Below, one piece after another: positions 8,910 to 19,144 of a DNA stretch of 64,000 nt (position 1 is the stretch's first letter; every line of letters starts with the position of its first letter). The DNA lies in IMG/VR virus record IMGVR_UViG_3300029915_000005. One strand, 5' to 3'. The position numbers were made by a program, and so were the translations under genes. Below the pieces are notes generated by a model. The model worked only from the letters and a program-made list of their open reading frames with translations. It was not told the origin of the DNA and did no database searches. This stretch comes from a virus.

Positions 8910-9854
8910 ATGAAGAAATTGACTTTAAAAGAATTCATTGATAAAGCAAATATAGTTCATAATTTTAAATATGATTACATTAATAGCATATATATAAACA
9001 GTCGCTCAAAAATTATAATAAATTGCAAAATATGTAAAGTAAAATTTGCTCAAAATTCAAACAAACATTTGAGTGGAAAAGGTTGCCCTGCTTGTGGAGG
9101 AACTAAAAAAATTACCACAAAAGAATTCATTGATAAAGCAAATATAGTTCATAATTTTAAATATGATTACAGCAAATCCATATATGCAAATAATCATACC
9201 AAAATCATAATAATTTGCAAAAAATGTCATAATGAATTTACTCAAACTCCTAATAGCCATTTAGCAGGATATGGTTGCAAAAATTGTTTTTTCTATTCTT
9301 TAACATATAATATTGCTGAATTCATTGATAAAGCAAATATAGTTCATAATTTTAAATATGATTACAGCAAATCCATATATGCAAATAATCATACCAAAAT
9401 CATAATAATTTGCAAAAAATGTCATAATGAATTTACTCAAACTCCCCACAATCATTTAGCAGCAAAAGGATGCGCACAATGCTGTGAATCAAAAGGAGAA
9501 AAAATAATTAGAAAATATTTACTTGAAAATAACATTAATTTTGAAAACCAATTTAAAATTTCAAAATGTAAAAATAAAAGAATGCTATCATTTGATTTTT
9601 CAATTTTTGAAGCAGAAAAATTAATTGGATTGATAGAATTTCAAGGAATGCAACATTATAAATCTATTAAAAGCTGGGATGGCGAAAAAGGATTTATTCA
9701 AAGAAAATTTAGAGACTCTATAAAATCCAATTTTTGCAGAGAAAACAATATTCCTCTACTTATTATTCCATATTGGAATAAAAATAATATAGAAGAAATA
9801 TTAAATAATTTTATCATAAATATTAATAGGTGCAAATATGACGAAACTATTTGA
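8910..9854 (+). CDS. putative homing endonuclease: three Zn-binding DUF723-like repeats plus PD-(D/E)xK/Vsr-like C-terminus
   Basis: FIDKANIVHNFKYDY...CxxC...HL.G.GCxxC x3; SKGE, FDF, IEFQG.QHY, RD.IK, LLIIPYW. Confidence 0.75.
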   Translation: MKKLTLKEFIDKANIVHNFKYDYINSIYINSRSKIIINCKICKVKFAQNSNKHLSGKGCPACGGTKKITTKEFIDKANIVHNFKYDYSKSIYANNHTKIIIICKKCHNEFTQTPNSHLAGYGCKNCFFYSLTYNIAEFIDKANIVHNFKYDYSKSIYANNHTKIIIICKKCHNEFTQTPHNHLAAKGCAQCCESKGEKIIRKYLLENNINFENQFKISKCKNKRMLSFDFSIFEAEKLIGLIEFQGMQHYKSIKSWDGEKGFIQRKFRDSIKSNFCRENNIPLLIIPYWNKNNIEEILNNFIININRCKYDETI

Positions 9855-10404
9855 AGGATTTGAAGTAAGTGATTTGGTAAATGTATTGGAACCAAAAATT
9901 CATATAGACGAATTCAACTCAAAAATGGGAAAAGACGATGATATAATTGTTCTGTCTTTTTTGATTAATGACAAACAAGCAAGTATCGATTTTATTGATT
10001 TTATAGAAAGAGGATATAATTTCGTGCTGGACTGTGATATATCAGATAGCGAATTAAAGCCAGGTAGTTATTTAGTTTTCGTAGAATTATTAAGAAGACG
10101 ACGAGTTATTGATCAAATTTTTCAGTTGCTTTCTGATTTATCTGCTGCAAGTCAACTAAATATAAACGATTGGAAGTTTCGTTATATGAATTCAGAAAAT
10201 TACTATCCAGTGACTGCCAAAGAAATGAAACTACATATTCCGTTATATCCAAGAGCTTACAATGAAAAATATAATAAGCCAATTGAAGATGTAAAACAAC
10301 TTGCAGGTCTTCAAACTGAAAATTATTATTATAAAGATTCATTAATTGAACAATTACAATTTAATGCAGGTGTACACAATGTCAATAAAAACAGTAATCT
10401 CTAA
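9838..10404 (+). CDS. hypothetical protein
   Basis: 188-aa ORF, SD AGGTG; MTKLFE start; IDEFNSKMG.DDD. Confidence 0.7.
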   Translation: MTKLFEGFEVSDLVNVLEPKIHIDEFNSKMGKDDDIIVLSFLINDKQASIDFIDFIERGYNFVLDCDISDSELKPGSYLVFVELLRRRRVIDQIFQLLSDLSAASQLNINDWKFRYMNSENYYPVTAKEMKLHIPLYPRAYNEKYNKPIEDVKQLAGLQTENYYYKDSLIEQLQFNAGVHNVNKNSNL

Positions 10405-10525
10405 TTTATTTTCATCAAAATCTACGAGTCAACCAGTTCCTGAGATAAATAAAACTGAACCAATTACATTGGCAGCGCAGCCAATAATTACTAACACGTT
10501 AACCCTTCAGAAGGAGTCTATTAAT

Positions 10526-10969
10526 ATGTCAATCATTAAAGATATAGAATCATTTGCAAGCAAGTTTGAAGCTGAATTTACCAAGTTATGGGGCAAAGCT
10601 CCAACCGTTTCAACAATTGCATTAACAACCATAAAATTTGCTGCTCCATTAATTGAATCTGTTGTTGGTATTGAAGCTGGAGCAGGTGCAAGCACAGAAG
10701 TAACAGAAATATTAGATGATGTTGAGCACAGTCTTGTTGCTGCTGCTGGATTAGTAACAGCAGTAGGTCCAACTGTTTCTGTTACAAATCTAATTACTGG
10801 TATTTCCAACGATTTGACTGCACTTTTGGCTGCTGGACATGTAACTAACTCCACCAGTGTTTCAAATATTACTCTTGTAGTTAAAGAATTGGCTGCATTG
10901 CTTGGATCACTTCCAGCACCAGCGCCAGTGTCAACTGTTCCAGTTGTAGCAACTGTAGCAACTGTTTAA
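10526..10969 (+). CDS. Ala/Val/Thr-rich hydrophobic protein
   Basis: Strong SD AAGGAG before ATG 10526; an in-frame ATG at 10379 is an alternative start. Confidence 0.6.
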   Translation: MSIIKDIESFASKFEAEFTKLWGKAPTVSTIALTTIKFAAPLIESVVGIEAGAGASTEVTEILDDVEHSLVAAAGLVTAVGPTVSVTNLITGISNDLTALLAAGHVTNSTSVSNITLVVKELAALLGSLPAPAPVSTVPVVATVATV

Positions 10970-10982
10970 TTTTTATTAAACC

Positions 10983-11017
10983 AAAAAACCACTTGTAATT
11001 ATTACAAGTGGTTTTTT
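10983..11017 (+). terminator. intrinsic terminator
   Basis: AAAAAACCACTTGTAAT-T-ATTACAAGTGGTTTTTT. Confidence 0.8.
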
Positions 11018-11058
11018 ATTTCCTTTCTTCTTTGCATAAATATATCCAGTAGAGGTCA

Positions 11059-11802
11059 ATGATGTTAGAAAATAATATTTTGTTGTATTCAAAAATTGCT
11101 GCTTTTATAAGCCTGTTTCTGTTTTTTATTTCAATGAGCGTATTGGTTTGGAGTGGTCTTAAACTTCCCAATCAAATATCATCATTAATGTCTCAAACAC
11201 AAACTGATTTAGTCCAAACTCATATTCTATTGAACAATTTAAATGATACTATTACTAGAACTAACCTTACATTAGATTCTGTTAATAGACAGTGCGGGGT
11301 TTCTGAAAAACCATGCGGAACTTTAGCTGATATAAATAAAACACTGGGAACTATTCGCGGAACATTTGGTCAAATTGAAATCGCTGCAAATCATGAAGAT
11401 AAAAATCTTTATACACTAGATTCGCAAGAAACACAAATATTTAAAGATTCTCATCAATTAATTATCAACGGAAATACATCTTTATTCGCATTAACTTCTA
11501 CATTAAATACATTTAATAATGCTGAGAAGAATTTACCTGCGTTATTTAACGTTACTACTGGAACTATTACTGATTTGGATGGAGCAGTAAAACGAATAAA
11601 CAATAAATTAGATGATTCAAGGTTTGAATCTATTACTACTCATTTGGATAATATATCTGCTCATGTAGATGGAATGACTGCTGATACTCAATATAAAATG
11701 CATCAATTATTTCATCCAGATAAAGTTAAATTAACTTTCTGGTCTGGAACAGATGCTACGCTAATGTATATTCACTCTCACATTTTGCCACCATTATTTT
11801 AA
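11059..11802 (+). CDS. N-terminally membrane-anchored coiled-coil protein (spanin-like candidate)
   Basis: Single N-terminal TM segment, helical periplasmic-type body; directly upstream of lysozyme. Confidence 0.45.
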   Translation: MMLENNILLYSKIAAFISLFLFFISMSVLVWSGLKLPNQISSLMSQTQTDLVQTHILLNNLNDTITRTNLTLDSVNRQCGVSEKPCGTLADINKTLGTIRGTFGQIEIAANHEDKNLYTLDSQETQIFKDSHQLIINGNTSLFALTSTLNTFNNAEKNLPALFNVTTGTITDLDGAVKRINNKLDDSRFESITTHLDNISAHVDGMTADTQYKMHQLFHPDKVKLTFWSGTDATLMYIHSHILPPLF

Positions 11803-11845
11803 TAACCATATTTAACTTAAATAATTAAATTTAATCATAGAGGAA

Positions 11846-12253
11846 ATGATGGACATAACAGCAGGAATTGATTTGATAAAAGAATTTGAAGGATGTAGAT
11901 TAACTGAATATCAAGATATTGCTGGAGTTTTAACAATTGGTTGGGGACACAAGATTTTATCCAATGAAAATTTTTCCGATGGAATAACTCAAGCTCAAGC
12001 TGATATTATTTTAAACTCTGATTTGATAGTAATCAAAAAATACTTAGAATCTATACCAAACTTAACTGACAACCAAGCATCCGCTTTGGCTGATTTTGGA
12101 TACAATCTTGGGTTGGGAAGTTTAAAAACGATGGTTTTACATGGATTAAATAACGTCCAATCTCAAATTCTTCGTTGGAATAAAGCAGGAGGAGTGGTTG
12201 CTCCTGGTCTTGCTCGAAGACGACAAGCTGAACTTGCTTTATGGTCTTCATAA
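11846..12253 (+). CDS. GH24 phage lysozyme (endolysin)
   Basis: EG.RL..YQD..GV.TIGWGH (E-x8-D-x5-T), YNLG, RWNKAGG, GL.RRR.AE. Confidence 0.92.
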   Translation: MMDITAGIDLIKEFEGCRLTEYQDIAGVLTIGWGHKILSNENFSDGITQAQADIILNSDLIVIKKYLESIPNLTDNQASALADFGYNLGLGSLKTMVLHGLNNVQSQILRWNKAGGVVAPGLARRRQAELALWSS

Positions 12254-12255
12254 AA

Positions 12256-12287
12256 TAAAAAAGAGCTGGTATACCAGCTCTTTTTTA
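12256..12287 (+). terminator. intrinsic terminator (32-bp perfect palindrome)
   Basis: TAAAAAAGAGCTGGTA/TACCAGCTCTTTTTTA. Confidence 0.8.
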
Positions 12288-12314
12288 ATGAACTAAATAC
12301 TTTTGAGGAAATCA

Positions 12315-14561
12315 ATGTCCAATAAAAGAATGGGAAGTAAAAGTGCTCCATATATGAGAACAGACAACACTGGCCTTTTTCATAGCCCTGGACCATATAT
12401 TGCAATTGTAAAGAATAATATAGATCCCAGTCGTGCTGGGAGATTGCAAGTTTATATCCCACAATTTGGAGGAAGCGATGAAAATAATCCATCCAATTGG
12501 TTGACTGTTTCTTATGCTTCTCCTTTTGCTGGACAAACACGGCAACGAATTGACGTAAATTCATACGTTGATACCAACATAGACGTAACTAATCAATATG
12601 AGAATAGCTTTCAAAGTTATGGATTTTGGTTCGTTCCGCCTGATTTAAATGGTCGAGTGTTGGTTATTTTTGCTAACGGTGATCCATCACAAGGATATTA
12701 TTTTGCTTGTATTAGAGATTCTATGGATTCACATATGACTCCTGGAATTGGTGCCGTAAAAGCATCAAAAAGTGCAACAGATGGTGGCTATATTTGGCGT
12801 CCTACTGGGGCAAATGCTATAGCAACTCATACAATGCTGCAATCTTATATTGAATTAACTCAAAATGGTAAATCTGAGATTCCTTTTAGATTACCAGTAA
12901 GCGAACCTGTATTAATAGCTCAAGCAAATTCATCTCCTTCCACCCCGTTGCAAGTTCAAATGGTTCCGCAAGTTTATCAAACAAAACAATTAGGAATGCA
13001 AGGACTAGCTTTTGATTTTATTAGAGGGTCCACTAGCGCATCTAGTGTAAGGGAAAATCCTAGTCAAGTATTTGGTATTAGTACTCCAGGTAGATTAATA
13101 TCTTTTGCTAATGTAGCAACTAGTGCAAGTGTCATTTCACAAATTCAAGAATTTTTAAATTCTAATCAAGTAGAAATAGTTAGTAACAATCAAGAAAATC
13201 AAGATTCTTTAACAAAATCTCTTACTTGCACATATAGAACAGGAGGCCATTCATTTGTAATGGATGATGGCACCATCGATGGATTTGATCAAGGGATAAG
13301 AATCAGAACAACTTCTGGCAATGAAATTTTGATGGATGATACTAATGGGCAAATTTACATAATTAATAGCCAAGGAACAGCTTGGGTTGAACTTTCTCCT
13401 TCTGGGTATATTGACATATTTTCAGCTAATAATTTTTCTATTAGAAGTCAAGGTGATATTAATTTTCATGCTGATAAAAATATCAATATGAATGCAATTG
13501 GAAAAATTAAAATTCATAGCGGAGACACGACTCAAATTGATAGCATTGGCTCTTTAACTACCAGATCATCCAGTGATTTTACACTATACAGTACTGATTC
13601 AATACAATTAGGGACTTCTGGAACAGTAGCCATAGATTCAAAAGGAGCAGGAAGCATTCAAAGTGGAGATGTATTAAATATTAAAGGAACTAAAATAAAT
13701 TTGAATAGCGGAAGCGGAAAGAATGTTAAAGATCCTGGAATATTACAGCAAAGTAAACAAATTGATGTTATTCAATCTGATGGAAGTAAAGTATGGTGGT
13801 CCAATGGTAAATTTGACTCTATTTGTTCTCGTGCTCCTGCTCATGAACCTTGGCCAAATCATGAGATAAATGGTATCAAAACTACTGCGGCTCAAGGAAA
13901 TGATTCAGGCCAATCAATAGTTAGACCGCAAACAGGAACTACAAGTTCTGGAGTTCGCGGCACAACAACAGGAAAAACAATAAATGAATCTCAAATTGCT
14001 TCCCAGCCAGTAGTTGGAGTTTTATGCGGATTAACTGTTAGACAAACTCAAGCGTTATTGGCGCAAATTGGACAAAATGAAAATAGTGGAAATTATTCTG
14101 GTCAAAATTCATTGGGATTTGCTGGAAAATATCAACTTGGAGCAGATGCTCTCATTGATTGTGGGTTAATGAAACAAGGAAGTCATTCGTCTGGAACTAA
14201 TTTAACAGCAATAAATAATCCAGCTAATTGGACCGGAAATCCATGCAGTAGTGTTTCTGATTTCTTAAATAATCCATCTATTCAAGAACAAGCAATAATG
14301 TTATATACAAAAAAGCATTGCATATCATTACAAAAGGCAAAAGTTATAACTTCAGCATCTACACCAGAAGAAATTGGGGGTTATTTAATGGCTGCTCATT
14401 TAGTGGGAGTTGGAGGAGCAATCAAGTTATTTCAAATTCAAAATAATTTACAATCGTCGTCATCTGCTTTAACTAAAGATGCAAATGGAACAACAAGTAA
14501 TTACTATTTTGCTCAAGGCTCAAATGCAGTTGCTTTGGGAAGCAGTTCAGAAAAAGCATAA
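12315..14561 (+). CDS. gp5/VgrG-like baseplate spike: OB fold, beta-helix and C-terminal lysozyme-like domain
   Basis: GPYIAIVKNNIDP.RAGRLQVYIP, YGFWFVPPD, GHSFVMDD, IRIRT.SG; C-terminal ENSGNY..N.LG..GKYQ.G, AAHL.G. Confidence 0.8.
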   Translation: MSNKRMGSKSAPYMRTDNTGLFHSPGPYIAIVKNNIDPSRAGRLQVYIPQFGGSDENNPSNWLTVSYASPFAGQTRQRIDVNSYVDTNIDVTNQYENSFQSYGFWFVPPDLNGRVLVIFANGDPSQGYYFACIRDSMDSHMTPGIGAVKASKSATDGGYIWRPTGANAIATHTMLQSYIELTQNGKSEIPFRLPVSEPVLIAQANSSPSTPLQVQMVPQVYQTKQLGMQGLAFDFIRGSTSASSVRENPSQVFGISTPGRLISFANVATSASVISQIQEFLNSNQVEIVSNNQENQDSLTKSLTCTYRTGGHSFVMDDGTIDGFDQGIRIRTTSGNEILMDDTNGQIYIINSQGTAWVELSPSGYIDIFSANNFSIRSQGDINFHADKNINMNAIGKIKIHSGDTTQIDSIGSLTTRSSSDFTLYSTDSIQLGTSGTVAIDSKGAGSIQSGDVLNIKGTKINLNSGSGKNVKDPGILQQSKQIDVIQSDGSKVWWSNGKFDSICSRAPAHEPWPNHEINGIKTTAAQGNDSGQSIVRPQTGTTSSGVRGTTTGKTINESQIASQPVVGVLCGLTVRQTQALLAQIGQNENSGNYSGQNSLGFAGKYQLGADALIDCGLMKQGSHSSGTNLTAINNPANWTGNPCSSVSDFLNNPSIQEQAIMLYTKKHCISLQKAKVITSASTPEEIGGYLMAAHLVGVGGAIKLFQIQNNLQSSSSALTKDANGTTSNYYFAQGSNAVALGSSSEKA

Positions 14562-14602
14562 ATGGGAATGCATCCAAATAATGCTTGCCTGCTCTATCAC
14601 AT

Positions 14603-14740
14603 CTGGCTGCTCAAGAAATATGGAATCATAATGCTATAAAATCAAATAAAAATGGAATTGAATTAATAACTATTTGGGAAATAGATTGGAACAAAAATAA
14701 AGAGCAAATCAAACAAGACTTGCTCTGTAAATTAAAATAA
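14603..14740 (+). pseudogene. remnant C-terminus of a Vsr-like endonuclease
   Basis: Reads EIWNHNAIKSNKNGIELITIWEIDWNKNKEQIK with no convincing start. Confidence 0.45.
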
Positions 14741-14744
14741 TATT

Positions 14745-17627
14745 TTATTCATTAAAATTAAACGAAGTATATCCATTTTCTTTTGTAACAGTTAATACAC
14801 TATTACACTTACTTATCAATTCATCTTTATGACTAATAATCCAAACATCTCTGTTTTGCTGTCTAGACATATCTCTTAATAGTTTAATGGCTGATTCTGT
14901 TCCTGAAACATCAATGCCAGCATCAATCATTTCATCCAATCCCAAAAGATTAATTTTTTGATATAAGCTTTCGTGAACATCTCTGAAAGCAAATGATAGT
15001 CCCAATTGAAGTCTCGCCATTTCTCCGCGAGATAAATTTCCAGGGCTCAATTCTCTTCCCAATTCACTTATATTAACATCTAAATCATTTTGAAATATTA
15101 CTGTATGCGGAAGTCCCAATGCTGTTAGATAATAATCCAATCGAATATTTAAATAACTAAGATTTTGTTCAATAATCTTCTTTCTAATAAATGAGTCTTT
15201 ATTAGTCAATAACTTCATTAAAAATTCTTGATGGTCAACCAAACTTGAAAAAGCATTCATTGTAGATAAATCAATTGTTTCAATCGCAGTATTTTGCATT
15301 TCTGAAATCTGATCTTTATATGGGTCGATTTCATTATATTTTTGCTCATACTGTTGAATCAAAAGATTTAATTTATTTTTATGTTCATAAACGTCAGATA
15401 GTGCATTATATACTTTTTCTTTTGGTTTAATAACATTGGGAATTATACTAAAAGAAGCCAACACTTCATTTATTTTATCATACCATTGTTGAATATCTTT
15501 TTCGGTTTGATTATATTCTTTTTTTATCTTTAATAATAATTCTTTATGCACATCATCATGAATTTTTTGATGGCACGTTTGGCAACATTGATTTTCTAAA
15601 CTAAGCAAATCGTCATTTAACTTCATTAAAATTTTATTTTCTTTATTTAATGAAGTTTCATAATGTTTTTTCTGTTGTTCCAATTGCTCTTTATTAGCAG
15701 CAGCAGTGTTATACTCATCCCAACTTGAATGAATTTTTATTTCTTCTTCAATGTCAATTTTAGAAAGGAAATCAATAGATTTCTCCAATTTAATTAATTC
15801 TTCATTTTTAGAACGCTCCCACAACTTCTGCCTTCTAATTAAACTATTAATCTGATCTTGTATTCTCTTGTTGGCTTCTTGGACGCTTTTAATACGAATA
15901 TCTTCTTTTAACACATCTTCTTTTGCAATTTTAATTTCTTCTTTTAATTTTTCAGCTTTTTCGCTGAGTAAAGTAATTCCCAACAACTGTTCAATAATGG
16001 TTCTTTGGTCACTAACTTTTTGAAATAAGAAAGGCGTTGTATAAGTATTTAATGCAACAATTTGACAAAACATATCATGGCTCATATTCAAAATTGTTTC
16101 AATTTCTTTTTGAGTTTCCCGACTATCTCCTTGTGATGTATCGTTCAAATCTAAAGCAATATCTTTTTCTTCTTTCTTAATTCCATTTTCAAAAAATTCA
16201 AATACTCTTGGTTTTAAGCCTCGATTAATTATATATTCTTTGCCATCAGATTCAAATTCAATGGTGACTAACATATTTTTACCATTGGTTTTATTAATGA
16301 GATGTTCTTTCTTAATATTGGAAATGGGCCATGAAAATAATGCGTAACTCAATCCATTCATTATAGTAGTATTATGAGTTACAACAAAATTATCAGTAAC
16401 ATATAAATGCTCTGGATCATCAACCATGATGCACTGACATTCTTTTTTGCCAATAAATTCAATACTTTTTATTTGTGATCGCAACTGTGTTTCATATTGA
16501 TATTTTTTTGATAATCTTTCTCTTTTTCTGGGTAGAGATACGATGTTACGCATATTATAATATCTAATATTTACATTATAGGAATCTTTACAAGGAACAC
16601 GTTTTCCTTTATAACTATATGTTTTATTTTTTTTATGAAAAATTCTAGCTAACCCTCCAATACTACGAACAATATATGTAATATCATTTGCTAGTTGTCT
16701 GCTTGTTGTGCAAATAGAGAAGCCTCCATTTTTTCCAATATAACCATTAGTGTCCATTAATCCAGCAAGTAATTCTTCTTTTTGCCTTACACTAGAAGAT
16801 TTATAAATTTCTGGTATAAATTTAGTATCACTATGCGTTCCGCATAAATTCAATTGTTTTATAATTCTATTAAATTTATTTGGATTTTTTAAAACGTTAC
16901 TTTCATAATTATTATTACTAACAACTCTATAATCATATAAATTAGTCGAATTACCTTTATAACTTAACGAACAATTAAATTCAGAATTTAATTTTTCATT
17001 CATTTTATTTTTCATAAATTCATCAGCAGTAGTAAAAGTAACACTAGATGATACTGATAATCCTGCATAACCTAAAGTAGCTCCTAATAACCATGGATCG
17101 ATAGGTAAGCATATATCCGATATATTTTCTGGTTTAATTAATGGTGTGTAAATATAAGCTGAAGGATTTTTATTTTCATATTTTTTTAAATGTTCTATAA
17201 TTTCGCCTGTAGTTAAAATACTTTCTTTATTAATATATTTTTTTGATGTAAATTTATGGCTATAAGTTTTCCATAAATGATCATATGAAGCCTCAACTGT
17301 TCTTCCATCAACAAAAGTAATAAGATAAGTATCAAGCATCCCTTGACCATAAATACCTGTTACTTTAGCTTGTTTACCTTTTGGTGTTATAATCAAATCA
17401 TTTAAACATAAATCTCCCATTTTTTTCCAACCAGATTTTGTTAAAATATTAGATGTCAATGGTTGCGCCTTGCCGCATCCATTACGGCTTCCAGAATCTT
17501 CTCCACCCATATCTAAATTTTCTCCAAGAACCAATACTAACTCTTCTCGATTAAAATTTAATGTTTGCGGTGCATTGCCAATACTTAGAAAATTTCGTAA
17601 TGTCAAATTTTTAACTATTATTGCCAT
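14745..17627 (-). CDS. gp46/SbcC/Rad50-like recombination ATPase containing an intein
   Basis: NFLSIGN, NGCGK|TT Walker A, CxxC hook, LSRGE signature, LDEMID, ISH. Confidence 0.92.
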   Translation of the reverse strand: MAIIVKNLTLRNFLSIGNAPQTLNFNREELVLVLGENLDMGGEDSGSRNGCGKAQPLTSNILTKSGWKKMGDLCLNDLIITPKGKQAKVTGIYGQGMLDTYLITFVDGRTVEASYDHLWKTYSHKFTSKKYINKESILTTGEIIEHLKKYENKNPSAYIYTPLIKPENISDICLPIDPWLLGATLGYAGLSVSSSVTFTTADEFMKNKMNEKLNSEFNCSLSYKGNSTNLYDYRVVSNNNYESNVLKNPNKFNRIIKQLNLCGTHSDTKFIPEIYKSSSVRQKEELLAGLMDTNGYIGKNGGFSICTTSRQLANDITYIVRSIGGLARIFHKKNKTYSYKGKRVPCKDSYNVNIRYYNMRNIVSLPRKRERLSKKYQYETQLRSQIKSIEFIGKKECQCIMVDDPEHLYVTDNFVVTHNTTIMNGLSYALFSWPISNIKKEHLINKTNGKNMLVTIEFESDGKEYIINRGLKPRVFEFFENGIKKEEKDIALDLNDTSQGDSRETQKEIETILNMSHDMFCQIVALNTYTTPFLFQKVSDQRTIIEQLLGITLLSEKAEKLKEEIKIAKEDVLKEDIRIKSVQEANKRIQDQINSLIRRQKLWERSKNEELIKLEKSIDFLSKIDIEEEIKIHSSWDEYNTAAANKEQLEQQKKHYETSLNKENKILMKLNDDLLSLENQCCQTCHQKIHDDVHKELLLKIKKEYNQTEKDIQQWYDKINEVLASFSIIPNVIKPKEKVYNALSDVYEHKNKLNLLIQQYEQKYNEIDPYKDQISEMQNTAIETIDLSTMNAFSSLVDHQEFLMKLLTNKDSFIRKKIIEQNLSYLNIRLDYYLTALGLPHTVIFQNDLDVNISELGRELSPGNLSRGEMARLQLGLSFAFRDVHESLYQKINLLGLDEMIDAGIDVSGTESAIKLLRDMSRQQNRDVWIISHKDELISKCNSVLTVTKENGYTSFNFNE
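16371..17468 (-). mobile_element. 366-aa class-3-type intein with degenerate LAGLIDADG domain
   Basis: GK|AQPL...DHLW...CQCIMV...VVTHN|T; LLGATLGYA and LAGLMDTNG blocks. Confidence 0.88.
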
Positions 17628-18007
17628 TATTCCTCATTATCTTTTTCTTGAAAAGGTAACCATTCCAGCGGAAATATAACATTTTCAGATGCTCCTCTAA
17701 ACATTGGAGCAATTTGAAAATGACTATATCCAGCCAATCCAGTACCAACCGCAGTCAATATAAAAGTATCTTCTGAATGATTTCTTGCATACTCTAAAAA
17801 TATTGTAACATATTCTTTTATCTTATTCAACGGTAATGTTTTTATATATCTGTCTTTTGTTGGAATCGCATATGATCCACCATCAATTCCAACTCCTTGA
17901 ATTCCATGTCCACAAAATTGAATTGCTCCCCAATTTTTACGGGCTTCCAACGCAGCGCCTTTGCCATTTATTCCAGCTTCATTGCTTCCGTAAACAAAAA
18001 CGTTCAT
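17627..18007 (-). CDS. A1S_2505-family / macrodomain-like phage protein
   Basis: FVYGSN.AG..GKGAA, SYAIPTK, T.VGTGLAGY. Confidence 0.65.
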   Translation of the reverse strand: MNVFVYGSNEAGINGKGAALEARKNWGAIQFCGHGIQGVGIDGGSYAIPTKDRYIKTLPLNKIKEYVTIFLEYARNHSEDTFILTAVGTGLAGYSHFQIAPMFRGASENVIFPLEWLPFQEKDNEE

Positions 18008-18019
18008 TATATTACTCCT

Positions 18020-19039
18020 TTAAATCCCACGATATATTTCAAGTAACAAACTATTATCAAAAAACTGAGATTCTATAGCACCAAGTTGTGACTGAACAAT
18101 TGTATCAACTGACTGAAAAGCTACATTACCTCCATGCGCCAAGTCTTCTGAAAAAGTACTTTTTTTCATTGATATTAATGACATTTCTCTTAACGAATAT
18201 TCATCTACTAAAGTTTCTTTCAAATATGCAGCTTCTTCATATGACACTTCTGAATCTAACATTAATTTTATATAACCATTGATTGGTAAATATAATGATG
18301 GATCAACAACCAATTGGCTAATTTTAACTATTCTGTATTTTGGAGCTTTCGGCCAAGAAATATATTTCGGAGTTCCTCCATATGGCAAAATCATCATTCC
18401 TCGATCATCATCTCCAGAATCCCCAAAATTATGAGGGAATGCATTTCCTACATAATGAATATTATTCTGCTGCTGTCTCATATGAAAATGGCCAGAATAA
18501 ACTTCTTCAATTTGTTTTAACTGATCAATTTTTATATCTCCAACATCTGGCATCGGCACTCGACTGTTCATCATAAATCCAGGTAATTCCAAATGTCCAA
18601 ATATATATTTTGATCTAATATTTTCTATTTTAGAAAAATCTTGCTCATTTAGCCAAGGTAGAAAAGTAACATCATTTTCAGTATATATATCATTAACAAT
18701 TTCAATATTCGGAATATGTTCTGCCCAAGCAATACTATGAATGGTTCTATTGGATTTATAGTAATTATCATGATTGCCAGTAAGAACAATTACTCTATCA
18801 AAAGCATCACTGAGCAATCTTAATATTTGTAATCCATAATTTAACGAAATTAAATTTACATTATTTCTATTATTAAAAAAATCTCCCAAAAATATACAAA
18901 TATCACAGTTTTCTTCGCTAGATTTTTGTATGAACCATTCAACAAAATTTTTACAATCTTCCAAATGAACAAGACTGTTTGTTTTTAGTCCAATATGCAA
19001 GTCAGTAAAAATTGCTGCTTTTTTAAATAAATTGGTCAT
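18020..19039 (-). CDS. gp47/SbcD/Mre11-like nuclease
   Basis: TDLH, GDFF, GNHD, GH, SGHFH metallophosphoesterase motifs; start MTNLFKK at 19039. Confidence 0.92.
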   Translation of the reverse strand: MTNLFKKAAIFTDLHIGLKTNSLVHLEDCKNFVEWFIQKSSEENCDICIFLGDFFNNRNNVNLISLNYGLQILRLLSDAFDRVIVLTGNHDNYYKSNRTIHSIAWAEHIPNIEIVNDIYTENDVTFLPWLNEQDFSKIENIRSKYIFGHLELPGFMMNSRVPMPDVGDIKIDQLKQIEEVYSGHFHMRQQQNNIHYVGNAFPHNFGDSGDDDRGMMILPYGGTPKYISWPKAPKYRIVKISQLVVDPSLYLPINGYIKLMLDSEVSYEEAAYLKETLVDEYSLREMSLISMKKSTFSEDLAHGGNVAFQSVDTIVQSQLGAIESQFFDNSLLLEIYRGI

Positions 19040-19045
19040 ACTTCG

Positions 19046-19074
19046 ATGATAAGTCCTTTGTAATGTTTTGTCAA
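19046..19074 (-). promoter_or_regulatory. sigma70-type promoter, leaderless arrangement for the gp47-like gene
   Basis: TTGACA-17-TATCAT-6 nt-ATG(19039). Confidence 0.7.
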
Positions 19075-19076
19075 GA

Positions 19077-19144
19077 TAAATAATGTCAGTCACGATGTTA
19101 GCCCATCCACTGACTCTAATCATTCATGGAGGAACAATCAGCTT
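19077..19144 (+). promoter_or_regulatory. late promoter plus conserved structured 5' leader, copy 2
   Basis: TAAATA at GTCAGT cac GATG ttagcc CATC c ACTGAC tctaa tcaTTC atggag GAAc aatcagctt ATG. Confidence 0.8.

Noticed and set aside
19040-19123. N-terminal extension of the gp47-like ORF in the track
   Set aside because: It runs through its own promoter and the antisense leader; the real start is most likely ATG 19039.
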